NCBI GenBank assembly: GCA_964388035.1
Contig: CAYLZE010000132.1
Location: forward strand, 1 to 13,262
DNA from: an uncultured archaeon
GTDB taxonomy: Archaea; Asgardarchaeota; Lokiarchaeia; Sigyniarchaeales; SOKP01
Length of the DNA stretch: 13,262 nucleotides
Direction of reading: 5' to 3'
Shown: positions 8,567-13,262 of the stretch, one piece after another
How the letters are laid out: every line of letters starts with the position of its first letter
How positions within the stretch are numbered: position 1 is the stretch's first letter
The notes under the pieces: generated by a model
The model's input: the letters and a program-made list of their open reading frames with translations, nothing else
Told to the model about the DNA's origin: nothing
The model's database searches: none
Made by a program: the position numbers and the translations under genes

Positions 8567-11149
8567 TTAATCTATTTGTCTCCAAGGGATTCCAAAAATT
8601 ATGTAGTTCGGAACTTTAAATGAGAGTTGGGAAGAACGCGGATTTAAACTTCCTTGCCTATTATCTCTGATACTTATCTCACATTCCTTAATGATACTTG
8701 GAGTAAGAAATTGTTTTTGTGCGTTTAACATTGAAATGCCTAACTGTTCTCCTTTAATCAGATTCTCATAAAAACGAGAAACCACTTGATCGTAAACAGC
8801 ATGCTCATTGATAGCAACCTTGAAAACTACTCCTGTTAGGTGACTTAAATTAATTAAGGAAGCAATTTGACTATAAGTTGAAATAGGATTCTCTATTTTT
8901 CGTCCATCAATATCGAACACTTGGATATCAAAGAAAATCAATAGACTAGTTCTGGAATGAGATTTTACGCTATTCTCTATTATTTCTCTTAATTTAATAA
9001 TATTATTATCATGGGTAATTAAAAAACTCTCTTGAGGGTTATTCATCGAATAAATCAGGTTTCCGATAATATGAATAATATTGAAATTATTTTCTTTTAA
9101 CGAATTTAGGATAAGATTTCGATTAGAATGTTCTTTGGTCAATGCAACAATCGTATTTATCTCTTCTTTAGAGGAAAATAAATTAGTAATGAATTCGCTT
9201 CTCTCTTCTCCTCCTGGAAATGGGTATATTAGGTCCTTTTTATTTTCTTTTTCATTCCATTTGAGAGGTCCTTTTGAATTTATACTTTCAATTAATAGCA
9301 CTCGCAATTCTGAGCTTTTCTTTCCTTGCTCCTTTTGTTTTACAAGATTACTCTCAAAATCGATTGCTTCTAATGTTGTTGGGTCGCTATAATAAGTACA
9401 AGAATAATTTAACATGAGAAATTTATTGGGATATATTAATTCATAAGGGAATGCTACTTCTTCTGTAATAAATAAGATATGAGGGGTAAAATTCAATATC
9501 GAAATCTCAAATTGAGATAATAAGCGACGCAATACCTTAGGTAATAAAATGTAGGATAATATTCCCAAATCTTCTATTGAAAAATCCCATCTAGGCTTCT
9601 GGTTGCTAAAGAAAATCTCATCATAAATATCGCGTAGCTGAGAATCATTCCAATATTCTGAAGTAATCGATATTTCTTTTATCTCATTTTCTATCGACAA
9701 CATTTTACAGTGAATCAATTTACCTGAAAAAAGGAAAATTGCAATTTGCTTTATAATGTAATTGGGATCGTTTAAAGAGGTGTCTTCAAACTCTTCCTGA
9801 AATGCATAGATCTTTGCTCGGTAGGCATCTGCTTTTACAATTAAATTTGATAAATCTTTCAAGTGAGTAAATATTTTTGGATTAAGATATGGCAGAATTT
9901 TCTGGGAAATAGAAATATTTTTCTCTTCAAAAAGTGCACGATAAAAAATTATGTTCCAGAATTCTTGCTCTTCAACTGAGGAAAACATGGATTTGATCCC
10001 CCATATATAATTATAAGTATAAAAATAATGGAAGAGATCTTGTTCAGTTTGCGGAATTTTGAGATGTGCACCTAATTTTTCTAAAGCTTGGAGTAAATAC
10101 TTTTTTTCTTTAACTTTAGAAAAATTCTTGGAAGCTTCTGCCCATAATTCAATTAAACCTTTATCGTAGGTCAAATCTGACTGATAGATATAAATATCTT
10201 CCAAAAAAGAATACAGTTCAAACGCAATTTCATATCGATTCCTTTCTATAAAAAATTTTATATTACGTTGAAGGAAAGTAATTGCCTCACCAAACGATTG
10301 ATATTCTTTTATTTTGTTATATAGATTTTTTAAAATAGCCGGGATCCACGTTGGTTCACTAATATTATTAAGATAACGAATCAAATCCTCTAAATCAGGG
10401 ATAAAAGAAGCGAAACTACGCTCGTTCATTGTGATTCTCTTGAGATTTCCAAATTCATTTTTTAAATCATTTGGAATTCTGTTTAACAATAAACCACTAA
10501 CTTCTTTGACAAAATCCGAATTATGAGATAATTGATATCTAAGGTTTACGTTTTCAAGCAATATATAAAGAAATAAAGCTCTCTTGCTAGGTTCAAGTTT
10601 TATTATGATTTTATTTAGCTCTTCCATGCTTTGGGTAAATAATTCTGTAGGAGATAAAGATTTAGTTAAAAAAGCTAATAAAACTTGCAACTCAATTAAT
10701 TTTAGATATTGATTATTCTTTTTAATAATTATAGAGAAAGAATTAATAAATTTAGAGATTCCTGATTCGGAAGTTTTCTCATTTTCTAAAATATATCGCA
10801 AAAAGTCTTCATAATATAAATTAAATAAATATAAATCATTCAATTTTGATAAAAATGAAAAAAAACGCTTAGATGCATCTACATATAAAATATAATCTTC
10901 TTTTAATCCCAAATCTTTTCTATGCATGAGATTCTGGATGTAAGTCCACCAGGAATTTGATATCAACATTATTAATTTATGCTTTCTCTGAACATCTAAC
11001 CATTCATTTTTTTCAATTGCTAAGTACAATCCGCCCAAGATTTTATCCGCCCAATGATGATTTGCATCTTTAAGCAAATTTCTAGCTAAAAATATTTTAT
11101 TTTGAAAATCTAACATGAAGTTTTTTTTATATTCAATACTCACGGACAA
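8567..11149 (-). CDS. Large alpha-helical (solenoid/TPR-like) protein with C-terminal CHAT/caspase-like domain lacking the His-Cys dyad
   Basis: C-terminal ~330 aa show CHAT hallmarks in order: LG...YILLP, ILFIT....FPYELI, LRVLLI, FNIIHIIGN, LIFFDIQ, RFYENLIKGEQLGISMLNAQ, YIIFGIP. N-terminal ~450 aa are amphipathic helices. Confidence 0.75.
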   Translation of the reverse strand: MSVSIEYKKNFMLDFQNKIFLARNLLKDANHHWADKILGGLYLAIEKNEWLDVQRKHKLIMLISNSWWTYIQNLMHRKDLGLKEDYILYVDASKRFFSFLSKLNDLYLFNLYYEDFLRYILENEKTSESGISKFINSFSIIIKKNNQYLKLIELQVLLAFLTKSLSPTELFTQSMEELNKIIIKLEPSKRALFLYILLENVNLRYQLSHNSDFVKEVSGLLLNRIPNDLKNEFGNLKRITMNERSFASFIPDLEDLIRYLNNISEPTWIPAILKNLYNKIKEYQSFGEAITFLQRNIKFFIERNRYEIAFELYSFLEDIYIYQSDLTYDKGLIELWAEASKNFSKVKEKKYLLQALEKLGAHLKIPQTEQDLFHYFYTYNYIWGIKSMFSSVEEQEFWNIIFYRALFEEKNISISQKILPYLNPKIFTHLKDLSNLIVKADAYRAKIYAFQEEFEDTSLNDPNYIIKQIAIFLFSGKLIHCKMLSIENEIKEISITSEYWNDSQLRDIYDEIFFSNQKPRWDFSIEDLGILSYILLPKVLRRLLSQFEISILNFTPHILFITEEVAFPYELIYPNKFLMLNYSCTYYSDPTTLEAIDFESNLVKQKEQGKKSSELRVLLIESINSKGPLKWNEKENKKDLIYPFPGGEERSEFITNLFSSKEEINTIVALTKEHSNRNLILNSLKENNFNIIHIIGNLIYSMNNPQESFLITHDNNIIKLREIIENSVKSHSRTSLLIFFDIQVFDIDGRKIENPISTYSQIASLINLSHLTGVVFKVAINEHAVYDQVVSRFYENLIKGEQLGISMLNAQKQFLTPSIIKECEISIRDNRQGSLNPRSSQLSFKVPNYIIFGIPWRQID

Positions 11150-11194
11150 GTTTTTTTACCCTTTTTGTTAAAGTTATTTCTACTAAAAATTCTA

Positions 11195-12358
11195 TCAAAC
11201 GTCTTTAGGAAGGTTATTTTTAGAATATTCTGCTTCATATCCGGGATTAATAAGCCAACCTTTTTGTAATAGATCTTTTGAATATAATATAGAAGCCCCA
11301 ATCCAACCCATATTGTCCCTTTCGTCTACAGCAAGGATTCGGATATTTTGACTTATTTTCTCGGGAAAATATTGCATTAATTGATTTTTAAGGCGTTCTT
11401 TTAAACCTGGAATTAAACTTCCCCCTCCGGTAAGAATAATATTAGACACTAATTCTTCCCAATTCTCCCGTTCCCAAACTTTCACGATATTTGCAATAAT
11501 TTCATCTAATCCGGCATAATTTACATGGAGGATATTAGGATAAAAAAGAGGTTCTGAGACGAGAAATCGTTCAGAATTCAGTTCTATATTACTCCCATCG
11601 GGTAGATTAACTACTTGCTTAAATTTAGTGGTTCCTTCCTTTATTTGCTTTATTTCTTTTTCAAAATTCAAAACACACAAGGAGCTTTTTTCTTTAATTT
11701 CTTTCGCAAGCCATTTATCAATGTAGGTATTCTGATTGGAGCTTTTTAAAATTAAGTTTAAATAAAATTCCGTGAGATCCTTTCCGGCGATGGGAAAAAT
11801 ATCTCGAGCCAATTCATTAGCAAATCCATGAACAGCAGAAATCACATAAGTATAGGATTCCCCTAAATTGATAACTATTCCTGTTCTTTTTTGTAATGTG
11901 GCAAAGATTGCTTGTTCTTCAGGTAAAAATAAAAGATATGGAAAATTGAACTCTTCAAAAAAAATCTTTCTTAATCGTTCTTTTTCTTGTTCGCTAACAT
12001 AAAAGGGATTAATCATTATGATGGGTTGTTTATATCTAAATTCGGGTGCGATTCCTAATTTATCGTAATGATGGAGAAAAAATTTCGCGAAAATATTATA
12101 ATTATTTTCTTTTTTAAATTCATGTAATTTTAAAACATGTTGATATTTCAAGGCATCATTTCCATAAAGATAATTAGTATCTTTTCCCTCAATAAATAAA
12201 TCTTCAAGTCCATCGATAACTTCTGTAAAAAATAAAAAATCTGTTTGATCTGTATAGATGCTGGGTATAATAATCTTCGGAGAATCATCTCCCGCCCATC
12301 CAAATCGAAAAGTGTTATTTCCTAAATTTACGATTAAAGCTCGCTCAAAATGAGACAT
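11195..12358 (-). CDS. Divergent actin-related protein (eukaryotic actin/Arp-type, Asgard actin paralogue)
   Basis: Colinear with actin throughout: FGWAGDDSPK..IPS, FEEFNFP, TGIV.NLG, AGKDLT, EIKEK, LPDG, ERF...EPLF.P, NIILTGGGS..PG..ERL, WIGASIL; 387 aa. Confidence 0.95.
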   Translation of the reverse strand: MSHFERALIVNLGNNTFRFGWAGDDSPKIIIPSIYTDQTDFLFFTEVIDGLEDLFIEGKDTNYLYGNDALKYQHVLKLHEFKKENNYNIFAKFFLHHYDKLGIAPEFRYKQPIIMINPFYVSEQEKERLRKIFFEEFNFPYLLFLPEEQAIFATLQKRTGIVINLGESYTYVISAVHGFANELARDIFPIAGKDLTEFYLNLILKSSNQNTYIDKWLAKEIKEKSSLCVLNFEKEIKQIKEGTTKFKQVVNLPDGSNIELNSERFLVSEPLFYPNILHVNYAGLDEIIANIVKVWERENWEELVSNIILTGGGSLIPGLKERLKNQLMQYFPEKISQNIRILAVDERDNMGWIGASILYSKDLLQKGWLINPGYEAEYSKNNLPKDV

Positions 12359-12381
12359 GATTTTTGAATCGTTAATATATA

Positions 12382-12390
12382 CTTAAAAAA
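12382..12390 (-). promoter_or_regulatory. Possible TATA box (TTTTTTAAG) for a leaderless or short-leader actin-like transcript
   Basis: 24-32 nt upstream of ATG 12358, with no SD before that ATG. Weak evidence because the DNA is very AT-rich. Confidence 0.3.
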
Positions 12391-12411
12391 TTCATGAAAT
12401 TATTGATATTA

Positions 12412-13257
12412 TTACATGATATATTGAAGTTGATGAATAAATTCATCTGTTTGTCTTTTTAATTGGTATTCTTTTACTTGTAATTCAAGCATTCCCAATA
12501 CTTTTTTAAATTCCTCTGCCATTTGTTCTATATCGACTTTTGCCATTTTTTCAACATCATCTCTCTTTATTTTAAAATACATTAACCCCGTTTTAATGCG
12601 ATCATAGGATTGATTGATATAATTTACTAATTGCATTGTATTTTTTTCCGTTACTTTCCTCATTTTCCTCAATATGGCAAGAATATTTGAAATTTGTGTT
12701 TCCCAGAGTTCATATTTTTGAGAGTCATCTTGATATAATTTCTCAATAAAAATAGCTAATTTAGTATAAATATCTTCTTCCTTTGGTACTTCTCCTTTCT
12801 GGACTTCAACCTGCTCTGGGATGTTCTGCTCTTCCGAAACATCCTGCTCTGATTCAGAAGGGGATAATGACTCTAGAGGGGGTATCTCAGAAGTCGTATC
12901 AGATGGAATCTCATTTTGCTTTTCAGTATTTTCATATTTCATCTCGGGAAGTTTTATTCTTTGTTGTTCTCCTTTTCGTTCTGTTAAGGGAATATCTTCC
13001 ATTAAATATTCTTTTACGATTTTTTGCTTTTCTATAGTTTCTTGCTCAGGTGAACTTTTTTCTCTTAATTCACTTTTTTCTTTTCCTTGTTCTAATTTTT
13101 CAACTTGATCTTCTTCGCCCTCATTAATTGTTCGCAATAATCCTTGCAAGGAAGTTTCAGTTTTTTTAGTCGATAACAATGCTGAATCTAAAGAATAAGA
13201 TGCTATCGAATCTTCCTCCTCCTTTTTTGACTTTGATTTTTTTTTAGGTCGAGGCAT
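12412..13257 (-). CDS. Hypothetical protein: basic N-terminus, acidic disordered linker, C-terminal coiled-coil/helical domain
   Basis: MPRPKKKSKSKK start; E/S/P/Q-rich residues ~48-160; amphipathic helices ~161-281. An in-frame TAA directly upstream of the ATG shows the ORF is complete. Confidence 0.85.
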   Translation of the reverse strand: MPRPKKKSKSKKEEEDSIASYSLDSALLSTKKTETSLQGLLRTINEGEEDQVEKLEQGKEKSELREKSSPEQETIEKQKIVKEYLMEDIPLTERKGEQQRIKLPEMKYENTEKQNEIPSDTTSEIPPLESLSPSESEQDVSEEQNIPEQVEVQKGEVPKEEDIYTKLAIFIEKLYQDDSQKYELWETQISNILAILRKMRKVTEKNTMQLVNYINQSYDRIKTGLMYFKIKRDDVEKMAKVDIEQMAEEFKKVLGMLELQVKEYQLKRQTDEFIHQLQYIM

Positions 13258-13262
13258 TTAAA

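Noticed and set aside
7966-11149. Anti-phage system with CHAT protease and PLD nuclease effectors
   Set aside because: Both lack catalytic residues, and there is no cyclase, STAND NTPase, gasdermin, Cas gene or mobile-element context.
11195-12358. Eukaryotic contamination, or MreB/ParM assignment
   Set aside because: Dense intronless genes with archaeal SD motifs argue against a eukaryote; AGDDSP, LPDG, ERF..E.LF.P and WIG.SIL are actin/Arp-type motifs, not MreB/ParM.
979-13108. Short plus-strand ORFs (979, 1598, 2092, 2237, 3556, 7429, 9081, 12783, 12821)
   Set aside because: All are antisense shadows of well-supported minus-strand genes, with no motifs.
1-13262. CRISPR arrays, tRNA/rRNA genes, IS elements
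   Set aside because: No regularly spaced repeats, cloverleaf-like GC-rich segments, transposase ORFs or terminal inverted repeats seen.
1-13262. Whole window as one operon because all genes are co-oriented
   Set aside because: Left-hand genes are separated by about 160-380 nt with T-tract terminators; only the right-hand cluster is tightly spaced.

Overview
AT-rich window with all real genes on the minus strand. It is most consistent with an Asgard archaeon (Lokiarchaeia-like): it has a eukaryote-type actin homologue, GGTGA-type Shine-Dalgarno motifs, T-tract terminators, TTG/GTG starts and no introns. In transcription order (right to left) the genes are: a basic/acidic-disordered/coiled-coil protein, a divergent actin-related protein, an 860-aa helical protein with a degenerate CHAT/caspase-like domain, a coiled-coil protein with a degenerate PLD fold, a degenerate GH63/MGH1-like hydrolase, a core-only DEAD-box helicase, an AbgB-like M20 amidohydrolase, an alkaline-phosphatase-superfamily (NPP-like) protein, a stand-alone 7TM protein, and the first 14 codons of a gene that runs off the left edge. 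The main candidate system is the tightly spaced cluster at 6499/7966-13257. By manual motif comparison, every recognisable enzyme fold there has altered or lost its catalytic residues, which suggests an actin-associated pseudoenzyme scaffold complex. All homology calls come from by-eye motif matching; no searches were run.
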